Source: an uncultured Clostridium sp. (GTDB taxonomy: Bacteria > Bacillota > Clostridia > TANB77 > CAG-508). From it: a stretch of 34,671 bases of DNA. A program made the translations under genes and the position numbers. This document shows positions 9,540 to 18,522 of this stretch, piece by piece (position 1 is the stretch's first letter; each line of letters opens with the position of its first letter). The DNA is taken from NCBI GenBank assembly GCA_946495905.1, contig CAMMEP010000003.1:1-34671 (forward strand), written 5' to 3'. The notes under the pieces are model-generated. The model worked only from the letters and a program-made list of their open reading frames with translations. It had not been told where the DNA came from and searched no databases.

Positions 9540-11453
9540 TTACTTTGGAACAGCAGTAAATGTAATATTTACCGAATAAGAAAATCTCATATTTGGATCA
9601 TCTGCCTCATCAAATACTCTTATACTGCAACGTGAACCAGCAGGTAATGATATTGTAGTATTTATAGTTTCATAACTAGAATAATTACTTTCATAATATT
9701 TATAAATTATATTTCTATTAAGAGAATCATTTACATATAACATAACTTTTCCTGTAACCCAACCATCTAATGCGCCTCCACTAACATCTCCTGATATTGT
9801 TAAATTTACATCGCAATTAGCATAAATTTGTGCTCCCGAACCATACCAAGATATTGCATTTCCACTTAATGTATGTGAATTTAGATAATGATAATCTGTA
9901 TAGGTTCCACTCAAAGCGACTAAAGTTCCATGTCTTGGTGACATATCTGCATATCCAGAAATGTAAGCAGTTGATGTTGTATACGTTTGCTTCCACGTAG
10001 CATAAAATGTTGTATTTGCTGACAATGTAACTGTTGCTCCTGCATTATATTTTGTTCCTGATGCACTTCCCATTGCCCAGTTTACAAAACTATAATTGGT
10101 TCTTGTGAATCCATTACTCCTTAATGTAAAGCTTGGATTACTATAATTTCCTGCAGAGTTATAGTACCTTGTTCCCGTTTGACTTGCTGTACTTCCTCCT
10201 GTATTTCCATTTCCACTATATGATAAGGTTATTGTTTGTGTATATTTTCCATAGTATGTTGCATTTGAACTTAATGTTACACTTCCTCCATTGCTTACTG
10301 CTGTTGAGCCTGTTGCACTTGTTGATGTTGTCCAACCTGCTGCTGTCCATCCAGATAATCCATTTTGACTTAAAGTAAAGCTTGGATTTGCTGCATTTCC
10401 GTTATTGTAATATTTTGCTTTTGTTTCTGTTGTTGCACTAGAGGATCCGTTATACTTCGTTACTGTTACATTTTGACTAAATACTGCATACAACGTCATA
10501 TTGCTTGTTTCCATTGTTTTACTACTTAATACACTTGAACTTGCTGTTGTATCTTCTCTCCAACCCACAAATGTATATCCACTTTTACTTGGCGTGAAGT
10601 TTAGTCCTGTAATTACAGATTCACCTGTACTAAATTGTTGTGTTTGTGTATTTCCTGAATCAATATTATAAGTTACTGTATATAACTGCGTTGTACTTAC
10701 TTCTATGCTCGCTTCTGTTTCATTTCCTGCTTCATCTTTTACTACTACTTTTAAGGTATAACTTGTTCCTGCTGTTAATCCAGTATAGTTATAGCTTGCC
10801 TCTGTATTTGATGCTTTTTGCTCATTGTTTAAATAATATGTATATGTATCTGTTGTTGCCAATCCGCTTTCTTCGTCACTTGCTATTACATTTACTTTTA
10901 TGCTTGTATTTGTTGTTTCTGCTACTTGTATTTCTACTTTTGGTGGTATTTCATCTAAAATACTTGCACTCGCATAATCTCCTACATTTATTCCATCTGT
11001 CAATCTTGCATATACCGTATCTCCATGTTTTAGTTCACTAATACTTCCATTATTTTCTATTCTTATCCATTCTCCTTCTGTAGTAGCATTTACTTGATAT
11101 TCAATATAGTAACTTGTATTTGTGCTTACTGTGATACTTGCCTGCCTATTACTCCATATTATCTCTCCAAACTCTATTGTTCCTTGTATAATATTAACTG
11201 GAAAATCAGCTTCTCCATTCATCATATTGGCATATTTTGACAACAAATCATTCATTTTTATTCCTTCCTCTGCTATTACATTTGCTGCCCCATCACTTGT
11301 TCCCTTTATTTGTGCTATTAATCCATTATCTCCAAATGCCATATTTATCGTTATTGTAGATAAAATAATAATTATTATAATGGTTACTACTAATGCCACT
11401 AATGTAATTCCTTTTTCTTGTTTTATTTTTCTTAATTTAATTGTTCTATTCAT
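9540..11453 (-). CDS. Type IV pilin-like surface protein with FN3 domain and InlB-B/Listeria-Bacteroides-type repeats
   Basis: Basic leader plus KG|ITLVALVVTIIIIIIL...GDNGLI; FN3-like YTGLTAGTSYTLKVVVKDEAGN; repeats PSKSGYTFVGW...LYAVF and FTRTNYSFVNW...FYATW. Confidence 0.8.
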   Translation of the reverse strand: MNRTIKLRKIKQEKGITLVALVVTIIIIIILSTITINMAFGDNGLIAQIKGTSDGAANVIAEEGIKMNDLLSKYANMMNGEADFPVNIIQGTIEFGEIIWSNRQASITVSTNTSYYIEYQVNATTEGEWIRIENNGSISELKHGDTVYARLTDGINVGDYASASILDEIPPKVEIQVAETTNTSIKVNVIASDEESGLATTDTYTYYLNNEQKASNTEASYNYTGLTAGTSYTLKVVVKDEAGNETEASIEVSTTQLYTVTYNIDSGNTQTQQFSTGESVITGLNFTPSKSGYTFVGWREDTTASSSVLSSKTMETSNMTLYAVFSQNVTVTKYNGSSSATTETKAKYYNNGNAANPSFTLSQNGLSGWTAAGWTTSTSATGSTAVSNGGSVTLSSNATYYGKYTQTITLSYSGNGNTGGSTASQTGTRYYNSAGNYSNPSFTLRSNGFTRTNYSFVNWAMGSASGTKYNAGATVTLSANTTFYATWKQTYTTSTAYISGYADMSPRHGTLVALSGTYTDYHYLNSHTLSGNAISWYGSGAQIYANCDVNLTISGDVSGGALDGWVTGKVMLYVNDSLNRNIIYKYYESNYSSYETINTTISLPAGSRCSIRVFDEADDPNMRFSYSVNITFTAVPK

Positions 11454-11584
11454 ATGTTCCCCCTTGTTTTTTTATTTAATTTATTTACAAGTTCTTTTCT
11501 TGTTTTTTGTATTTTTCATAAGTGCTTTTTTATTATATAGAGAGCAATACTTTTCCATATGTTAGTATTCATTTTATTTTGCAT

Positions 11585-11767
11585 TCATTTTAAATTGCAT
11601 AGATAACACATAAAAGGATAGGTTATATGTTTCAGTCCTGGTTGACTTACTTCATAACCTATCCTTTTTAGATATCTATTTATTTTATTTTTTGCATCAC
11701 AAATAAAGCTTATTGCTTTAGAATATAGCTCCCTCCCTCTCTCTACAACTATAAGGGTTCTAGCCAT
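11585..11767 (-). CDS. Putative leader peptide upstream of pilin-like gene
   Basis: Strong AAAGGAGG RBS; GA-rich tract encoding ERGRE; overlaps a 15-bp perfect inverted repeat (11612-11626/11654-11668). Confidence 0.45.
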   Translation of the reverse strand: MARTLIVVERGRELYSKAISFICDAKNKINRYLKRIGYEVSQPGLKHITYPFMCYLCNLK

Positions 11768-11880
11768 TTATTTCTTTCCTCCTTTGTGCTCTTTACTTTA
11801 TTTTCAAAATTATTATATCAGTACTATTTCTTCTTTTCAAGTACTTTTTAGTAAAATTTTAATTAATTCTTCTTATTATG

Positions 11881-12120
11881 TTACTGTTCAGTGTAATTTT
11901 CTATTTAAAGTCTTAGTAGGATGTATATTTAGAAAATTTTGAAGTACCGCGCAGCGACCAAACGAGCTTTGTAAAAGCGAGTGCGAGTTGGAGAAACCTA
12001 GCACAATTTTAAAATTTTTTTTTAAAATTGTGGTTAGATGGTTTCGACCAGTAAGGTACAAAAAATTTTATAAATATACATCCTACTAAGACGAAGAATG
12101 CACTTTATGCTGAACAGTAA
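11881..12120. mobile_element. MITE-like nested palindromic element
   Basis: Terminal TTACTGTTCAG/CTGAACAGTAA; 22-bp perfect inverted repeat GTCTTAGTAGGATGTATATTTA (11910-11931/12071-12092); inner hairpins; no coding capacity. Confidence 0.55.
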
Positions 12121-12179
12121 CCTTATTATTTTCTTTTACAATATTAAAGCCCGTCCATTTAGGAACAGGCATTATAAAA

Positions 12180-12386
12180 TTATTTTTCATCTAAGTACAG
12201 CCTTTTTATGGTAGGCACATTGCTCAGACAAATCTTTCCAGTCCTCTTATCTCCAAAATAAGTATCCTGGTCTTTTGCTTCACATGCTTCTATCAGCCTT
12301 CTGCAAGCCTCCCGTCCACATGCTTTCATTGTTCCGTCTTCATTGAAAACAGCCTCATATGCTTCCTTAATTGATAAGTTTGCCAT
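12180..12386 (-). CDS. Small hypothetical protein (ORFan, Cys-containing KACGREAC)
   Basis: AAGGAGGT RBS; 68-aa ORF; GC-richer codons than neighbouring genes. Confidence 0.75.
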   Translation of the reverse strand: MANLSIKEAYEAVFNEDGTMKACGREACRRLIEACEAKDQDTYFGDKRTGKICLSNVPTIKRLYLDEK

Positions 12387-12424
12387 AAAAAATTACCTCC
12401 TTTAGGTTTGATACTAGCATTATA

Positions 12425-13006
12425 CTACATATGTAATCTTCTATCAAGCTCTTCTACTATATTTCTACCACATAACAAAAGAGCCATAACAAAGGTAAAT
12501 AAAGCTATTGAGCTAGCAATAATTGTAAAAATTGGTCTCGTTATTATTCCCTCAGAAGTTAGTAATATAATTAATGGAATCATACTAAATACAAAGATAA
12601 TTAGTTGATAAACAGCATATTTGTAATATCGATGTACACTAACAAAAGTAAGTATTAGAATTGTTACATTAGCCACCATGATAATAATAGGAATTGCTAG
12701 ATTAATTGCCCAGCCACTATATCCTAAAATATAATCGATGCATAAAGTAAATAGCGAGATGGCGATAAATTGTATCATTACACTAGAAGCGATATTGATA
12801 TTTCTATGAATGGAATACATTACCGTTATCCAGGAATAGATAATTCCGGCAATTACAATAAGGCACCACAAATACTTAGTAGAAGTACATACATTTACAA
12901 TAACACAAATAATTGCTATTACGATAGAAATAAGTAACATTATTTTTATTGCCAGATTTTCTTTTTTTGCATTTCTTATCTTAGGATATAAAGTCATGTA
13001 CACCAT
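12425..13006 (-). CDS. Multi-pass membrane protein, DUF6320-like
   Basis: About 6 hydrophobic segments, GWAINLAIP, C-terminal EELDRRLHM; overlaps the upstream acyltransferase; start uncertain (12997 possible). Confidence 0.7.
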   Translation of the reverse strand: MVYMTLYPKIRNAKKENLAIKIMLLISIVIAIICVIVNVCTSTKYLWCLIVIAGIIYSWITVMYSIHRNINIASSVMIQFIAISLFTLCIDYILGYSGWAINLAIPIIIMVANVTILILTFVSVHRYYKYAVYQLIIFVFSMIPLIILLTSEGIITRPIFTIIASSIALFTFVMALLLCGRNIVEELDRRLHM

Positions 13007-14255
13007 TCCCTTCTACCGATATTTCAATACCTTCTTGTTTTAGTTTTTTACAAAATTCTTGCTCCACTTCTGTACTTTCTAGTGTTGACGTAAAAGTAAA
13101 TACTAAATTATTCTCAAACGAACATGCAGTGCATTTTATTTTTTCCACTGTTTCTGGTGCAATTAGCATTAAAAATTTATCAATGTATTTTTGATATTCT
13201 CCAATAATACCAATTCTACCTATATTCGAAAACGTGGTTGTTGTATATTTTCTAATTTCTATGTAGCTTAATTTTACGATTACTAGTTTTAAAAATAATG
13301 GTATTAATTTAATAAAAGCATTATTGCCTAACTTAACATTAGCAGACATCGTTTTACTAATTTCTTCCTTTGTTAGCATTTTTTCAAAGTTTTGCTTAAC
13401 GAACTTTAGCATTCCATCAAAAGATTGAAGCATTTTCGTATTCATATCAGCTTGCACCGTGATATAACTAAAAAAGTTGTTTACTGTTTCGGATTTAAAG
13501 TATTTTCTTAAGTCTACTGGTATACATACTTTTATTGGTCTTTTTCCATTATATTTTTGGTAATTAGAATGGTAAATTGCGTAGATAATTATAGCTGTTA
13601 AATACTGTGTTACCGTAACCCCTTTTTCCTTTGCTTTTTCTTTTAACTGTTTTAAATTGATATTAACATGAATGGCACCAATGGCTGCTAAAGGAAGTGT
13701 TCTTCCTTTTAACGCATACGCCTTTTTTCCACCTTTCGTACCTTTTGACTTTTTATTATAATTTTTTAGATAATCATCTTCTGTGCTATTAGATAATTTT
13801 TTCTCTAATCTTAGCTTTTTATTAAATTCCTTGGGATGTGCTAATTCAAGGTAGGTATATACAATTTCTCTTAAAAATATAACGCCACTATTTCCATCGG
13901 TTAAAGAATGGAATATATCCAGATTTATTTTTTTCTCCCAATACGTAACTTTAAATAAATAGTCATTATTGGTATTAGGATCTATGTATTTGCAAGGATA
14001 ATTCTTTTCTTCTTCAATTAAAATATCTTTATTATTATCCTCAAAATAATACCAAAATGCGCCTTTTTTTAATTTCACTTTAAAAGCACTTAAATTTTGA
14101 AGAACTTTATTAACCGCTTCTTTTAAAAGTTTTGGATTAATCTCTTCTTTCAAAACAGCGGACAATCGAAAAACACTACTATACTTTTTGCTCGAAGCAA
14201 TAGGAAATATTTTTGCATAATTATCTAACCTTCTCCAATTATGTGTTTTCTCCAT
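12981..14255 (-). CDS. CoA-dependent acyltransferase (alcohol acetyltransferase/condensation-like)
   Basis: HxxxDG motif FHSLTDGNSG, WRRLDNYAKIFP, IPVDLRKYF, FSNIG. Confidence 0.78.
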   Translation of the reverse strand: MEKTHNWRRLDNYAKIFPIASSKKYSSVFRLSAVLKEEINPKLLKEAVNKVLQNLSAFKVKLKKGAFWYYFEDNNKDILIEEEKNYPCKYIDPNTNNDYLFKVTYWEKKINLDIFHSLTDGNSGVIFLREIVYTYLELAHPKEFNKKLRLEKKLSNSTEDDYLKNYNKKSKGTKGGKKAYALKGRTLPLAAIGAIHVNINLKQLKEKAKEKGVTVTQYLTAIIIYAIYHSNYQKYNGKRPIKVCIPVDLRKYFKSETVNNFFSYITVQADMNTKMLQSFDGMLKFVKQNFEKMLTKEEISKTMSANVKLGNNAFIKLIPLFLKLVIVKLSYIEIRKYTTTTFSNIGRIGIIGEYQKYIDKFLMLIAPETVEKIKCTACSFENNLVFTFTSTLESTEVEQEFCKKLKQEGIEISVEGNGVHDFIS

Positions 14256-14308
14256 TTCCTACCTCCTTTTCTCTAGCAACTTTTATTTTATCTTTTTCAG
14301 TAAACATA

Positions 14309-15211
14309 TTATTCTAAAATAATCTCTACTACTTTTTCATACCCATCTTTTGCATGTATATTTTTCTTTTTATGCTTCATGATTACAAAATTATGTATTG
14401 CATCTTCATATTCGATGAATTGAACCTTTCCTTTATTCGCTAATGCGAATTTCTTGGCATCTGGATTTAACATATCTTGTGTACCAGATAACATATAGAT
14501 ATTTTTTAATTTATCTGTTGGTCCTAAAACAGGATTTACTAGATAACTTTTTAATCCGTTTTTTCCTGCATATTTTTTGCCAGATAGCTTTAATAATGGC
14601 TTTTTCAAAACTGGATCTTTAATCGTATCTATTTCAGGATTTTCCATTCTAACATCTAGCCAAGGAGAGATTAAAATTGTTTTATCTGGCAAGCGATTCT
14701 TTAATTTTCCATTTCGTTGGTATAACGCCAAAGCCAAACCTGCACCAGCAGAATCTCCCATTAAAATAAACTGGGCATTTTTTCCTATTTTTTCTACTAT
14801 TTCTTTATAAAATGGCTCCATAAATTTAAAAACTTCTAAATAGGTATGCTCTGGTGCTAATGGATAATCTGGTACAATTAAGGTAGCATTTGTATCATTA
14901 ATAATATCCTTAAAAAAATGCCAATGATACTTTTCAAGTTCCCCTACATACGAGCCACCATGAAGGTACAAGATTACCTTGTGTTTTTCTTTTTTATCTG
15001 CATCGCTATCATTTTCTTCTACTTCATCATCGTTTTGCTCAAATTCTTGCTTACTATCGGAAATAATGAAAATATCTCTTCCCATAAATTTTTCTTGTTT
15101 AAAATGATAGTATCGGAACACATCTTTTGGAAGTCTAGATGTTGCTACTCTTAGTTCATAATATATAATTGCTAATAAAATTAAAAGTACTATAAAAAAT
15201 AATATTACCAT
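14309..15211 (-). CDS. Alpha/beta hydrolase (HSL-family esterase) with N-terminal TM anchor
   Basis: YLHGGSY, PDYPLAPEH, GDSAG nucleophile, LISPWLD; ATG 15211 chosen from the AGGGG RBS. Confidence 0.88.
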   Translation of the reverse strand: MVILFFIVLLILLAIIYYELRVATSRLPKDVFRYYHFKQEKFMGRDIFIISDSKQEFEQNDDEVEENDSDADKKEKHKVILYLHGGSYVGELEKYHWHFFKDIINDTNATLIVPDYPLAPEHTYLEVFKFMEPFYKEIVEKIGKNAQFILMGDSAGAGLALALYQRNGKLKNRLPDKTILISPWLDVRMENPEIDTIKDPVLKKPLLKLSGKKYAGKNGLKSYLVNPVLGPTDKLKNIYMLSGTQDMLNPDAKKFALANKGKVQFIEYEDAIHNFVIMKHKKKNIHAKDGYEKVVEIILE

Positions 15212-15352
15212 AGTTTTTCCCCTTTTTGTTATATTCAATAATCTCTCAATAAATATTATCATACCATATTATTATTTGAATAGCAATTTTTTTATTCACA
15301 AATGCAAAAAAATACAAATAAAGTACTTTTCTTCCTTTATTTGTATTTTTCG

Positions 15353-16582
15353 CTATGCAACATCTTTAATTTTTATATTTCTAACATGTTCAATCTTATC
15401 CCAACTTGTATCACGTTTGAATAAACATTTAAAGTTAATTAAAATCCAAGAGCCTAAAAATATTGGATAACATAGTAATCCTTTTAGCATTGGTCTTATT
15501 GGTTTTTTATCTAATATCATAATAAGCAATGCTGTAAAAATTGGGAAAAGGAATGTTGGTATTAAATATCTTAGACAGTTAATAATTAAATCAATAGAAG
15601 TCATACCATTTGCTGCATATATAATAAAATTCAATACTAATAATACTAGTGTTAACACAAACATTGGTATACTTCCTAATATATAAAGTAATCCATCAAA
15701 ATTCATCATAGTTTTGTGTTCTTTTACTGCAGATGCAAGTGGTTTTGTATACTCTGTCATACATTGTATATGACCTACTGTCCATCTTGTTCTTTGCTTC
15801 CAAGATTGTTTAAATCCAACTGGTTGTTCATCATAAACAATGGCATCTGTTGCCCACCCCAGTCTTTTTCCTGTTATTATTCTTTTTAATGAAAACTCAA
15901 TGTCTTCTGTTAATGTCTTTGTATTCCATCCTTCTGGTTTAATAACATCAAACTTGACCATAAAACCAGTACCATTGATTAATGGGGATAGTCCCAAATT
16001 ATATCTTGCCAAATGATAGAATCGGTTCATTGTCCAATAAAATAATGCATATCCTGCGGATACCCAACTATCGGTTGGATTTTTAATATCACGATATCCT
16101 TGCACTACTTCTTCCCCTTGGCAAAGCTTTTTATTCATTGCTTTTAAGAAATTTTTATCTACAATATTATCTGCATCAAAAATACAGAAAGCATCATAAT
16201 CTGCATCTTCTTCAATTTTTTTGTTTAAGAACCATTGCAAAGCATAACCTTTTGTTTTATGTTCTTCATCAAATCTTTCCATTACAATAGCACCATGTTC
16301 TCTTGCAATTTCTGCTGTACGATCAGTGCAGTTATCCGCAATAACGTATATATCATAAAAGTCTTTTGGATAGTCCTGATTTTTTAAACTTTCTATTAAA
16401 GCTTCTATTACATTTTCCTCATTATGAGCAGGCACAATAGCCATAAATTTATTTGTTTTCTCTTCTAAGATAGGTTTATCCTTTAATTTTACAAGTGAGC
16501 ATATACTTATAATTAATTGATACCCCCAAAATATTGTTAATAACCATACAAGTGCTTGCTGAATCATAAATAAATAATCCAT
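15353..16582 (-). CDS. Family 2 glycosyltransferase, membrane-bound processive type
   Basis: VPAHNEE, DADN (DxD), TED and QRTRW (QxxRW) motifs; TM segments. Confidence 0.92.
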   Translation of the reverse strand: MDYLFMIQQALVWLLTIFWGYQLIISICSLVKLKDKPILEEKTNKFMAIVPAHNEENVIEALIESLKNQDYPKDFYDIYVIADNCTDRTAEIAREHGAIVMERFDEEHKTKGYALQWFLNKKIEEDADYDAFCIFDADNIVDKNFLKAMNKKLCQGEEVVQGYRDIKNPTDSWVSAGYALFYWTMNRFYHLARYNLGLSPLINGTGFMVKFDVIKPEGWNTKTLTEDIEFSLKRIITGKRLGWATDAIVYDEQPVGFKQSWKQRTRWTVGHIQCMTEYTKPLASAVKEHKTMMNFDGLLYILGSIPMFVLTLVLLVLNFIIYAANGMTSIDLIINCLRYLIPTFLFPIFTALLIMILDKKPIRPMLKGLLCYPIFLGSWILINFKCLFKRDTSWDKIEHVRNIKIKDVA

Positions 16583-16742
16583 TTTTTTCTCCTTTTAAAA
16601 TATCTTATATTCATATTATGCACTTTATCTATGTTTGTATTACTTTTTTATGTGTATATTTTCACACATTATATATTATACTATTTTATAACAAATTTTG
16701 CAACTTTTTTTTAAAATTTCGTAATTTAACCTCTTTATTACT

Positions 16743-16920
16743 ATTTACGGTTATTTTGGGTTGAAGCAATGTATATTTTAAGTTTATGTTGAAGCGCTTA
16801 AGGTGGGGACCGACAAGCTTACAAAGTGTTTAACGAACTTTAGTGAGTTAATACACTTTGTGCGATGTTGGGGGCCGAAAACATAAAATTAAAATATACA
16901 TTTTATAATAAGCTGTAAAT
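16743..16920. other. Structured palindromic repeat element, copy 1 (candidate ncRNA or MITE)
   Basis: Arms 16768-16790/16880-16902; core GCTTAAGGTGGGGACCGACAAG...CGATGTTGGGGGCCG shared with 21879-22031. Confidence 0.7.
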
Positions 16921-16930
16921 TGTAAAGGAA

Positions 16931-17917
16931 CTAAGCAAATATGCTTCCTACTTCTATGCTATTTCCTCTTAAGAAATCATTTATGCTCATTTTTTTCGCA
17001 TTTTCCCCTTGTATTTCAAGGACTTTAATAATTCCATCTTTTGCTTTTATATACAATCCTTTTTTTGCATCTGAAAATAGGACCGTTCCTGGTTCTATAT
17101 TTGGCATTTTATATTCATACTCTATTAGTTCTGGATATTCTTGTTCTAGTTCTTTTTCTGATAGAACATCTACTTTCCAAAATTTTATTTTTTTATCATT
17201 TAAATAACTGAATGCTCCCATGATTGGATTTAAGCCTCTTACCAAGTTTTTAATTTCAGAAGCAGTTTTATTTTCCCAATCTATTTTTGACATATTTTTA
17301 TCTAGCATTGGTGCTAAGGTAAATTCTTCTGGTTGTTTTTCTCGTGGTGCTTCTCCTTTTTCAATTAATTGCAATGTTTCTACAAGCAAATTGCCACCTA
17401 TCACAGCAAGTCTATCCCATAGTTCTCCTGTTGTTTCATCTTTTCCTATTTCTACTTCTTCTTTTAAAATCATATCTCCTGTGTCCATTCCTTCATCCAT
17501 ATACATTGTTGTAATCCCAGTAGTTTTATCTCCATTTAGTACTGCCCATTGGATTGGCGCTGCTCCTCTATATTTAGGAAGTAAGGAAGCATGTACATTG
17601 ATGCAACCAAGTTTTGGAATCTCTAGCAATTCTTTTGGAAGAATTTTCCCATAAGCAACTACACATATTACATCAGGATTTATTTTCTTTATTTCTTCAA
17701 TAAATTCCACATTGTTTCTTACTTTTTGTGGCTGAAAAATAGTTAAATTCTTTTCTTCTGCAAATTGCTTTACAGGAGAAGGAATCATTTTCATTCCTCT
17801 TCCTTTTGGTTTGTCCATATTTGTTACAACCGCCTCTATCTTATAACCTGCTTCATACACTTTTTTCAGTGATTCTGCTGCAAAATCTGGTGTTCCCATA
17901 AAAACTATTCTAAGCAT
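16931..17917 (-). CDS. fmt: Methionyl-tRNA formyltransferase
   Basis: RIVFMGTPDFA, VVAYGKILP, INVHASLLPKYRGAAPIQW, MDEGMDTGD. Confidence 0.98.
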   Translation of the reverse strand: MLRIVFMGTPDFAAESLKKVYEAGYKIEAVVTNMDKPKGRGMKMIPSPVKQFAEEKNLTIFQPQKVRNNVEFIEEIKKINPDVICVVAYGKILPKELLEIPKLGCINVHASLLPKYRGAAPIQWAVLNGDKTTGITTMYMDEGMDTGDMILKEEVEIGKDETTGELWDRLAVIGGNLLVETLQLIEKGEAPREKQPEEFTLAPMLDKNMSKIDWENKTASEIKNLVRGLNPIMGAFSYLNDKKIKFWKVDVLSEKELEQEYPELIEYEYKMPNIEPGTVLFSDAKKGLYIKAKDGIIKVLEIQGENAKKMSINDFLRGNSIEVGSIFA

Positions 17918-17930
17918 TCTTATAGCCTCC

Positions 17931-18410
17931 TTAATCTTCTTTTGGCTCTACATATTCTAATGTGCCAGGTATCATATTATCCACAAATAAAATTCCGTCT
18001 AAATGATCTACTTCGTGGCATATTGCTTGTGCGAGCAATCCTTTTGCCTTAATTTTTATTTTTTCTCCATTCTCGTTTAAAGCCTCTGCCACAATTTCTT
18101 CTGGTCTTACCATTTTTGCATATTGATTTGGAAAACTTAAGCATCCTTCTTCTACTTCTTGTTTTCCTTTTTCTTTTATAATGACTGGGTTCACTAATTT
18201 TAAAGGCTCATTTCCATCATATAAATCGATTACAACAACTCTTTTTAAAATCCCCACTTGTGGAGCAGCAAGGCCCACTCCATTATATTTATGCATTGTC
18301 TCTAACATATCTTCTAATAGTTCTCTTATTTTGTCATCTACTACTTCAACTACTCTAGACTTCTTTCTTAAAATTTCGTCTCCGTTTTGTCTTATTTCTC
18401 TTATTGCCAC
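17931..18410 (-). CDS. def: Peptide deformylase
   Basis: GVGLAAPQVG, EGCLS, HEVDHLDG; real start is GTG 18410 after AGGAGG (the track's upstream extension is repeat DNA). Confidence 0.96.
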   Translation of the reverse strand: MAIREIRQNGDEILRKKSRVVEVVDDKIRELLEDMLETMHKYNGVGLAAPQVGILKRVVVIDLYDGNEPLKLVNPVIIKEKGKQEVEEGCLSFPNQYAKMVRPEEIVAEALNENGEKIKIKAKGLLAQAICHEVDHLDGILFVDNMIPGTLEYVEPKED

Positions 18411-18430
18411 CTTTCTTACCTCCTTCTTTC

Positions 18431-18522
18431 TAATTGGGGACAGGCTTTTTTGTCCGAATTTTCCTAATTGGGGACTGTCCCCTTTTAGCACCCTTTTAGG
18501 AAGGTCTGTCCCTATAACGACA
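18431..18522. repeat. Cluster of GGGGACAG/GGGGACTGTCCCC REP-like repeats overlapping the priA stop codon
   Basis: TAATTGGGGACAGG (18431), TAATTGGGGACTGTCCCC (18466), and minus-strand TGTCGTTATAGGGACAGACCTTCCT (18522-18498) matching the 1488-1547 units. Confidence 0.72.

Noticed and set aside
18411-18491. N-terminal extension of def (MLKGDSPQLG...)
   Set aside because: Translated repeat DNA; the RBS and homology support GTG 18410
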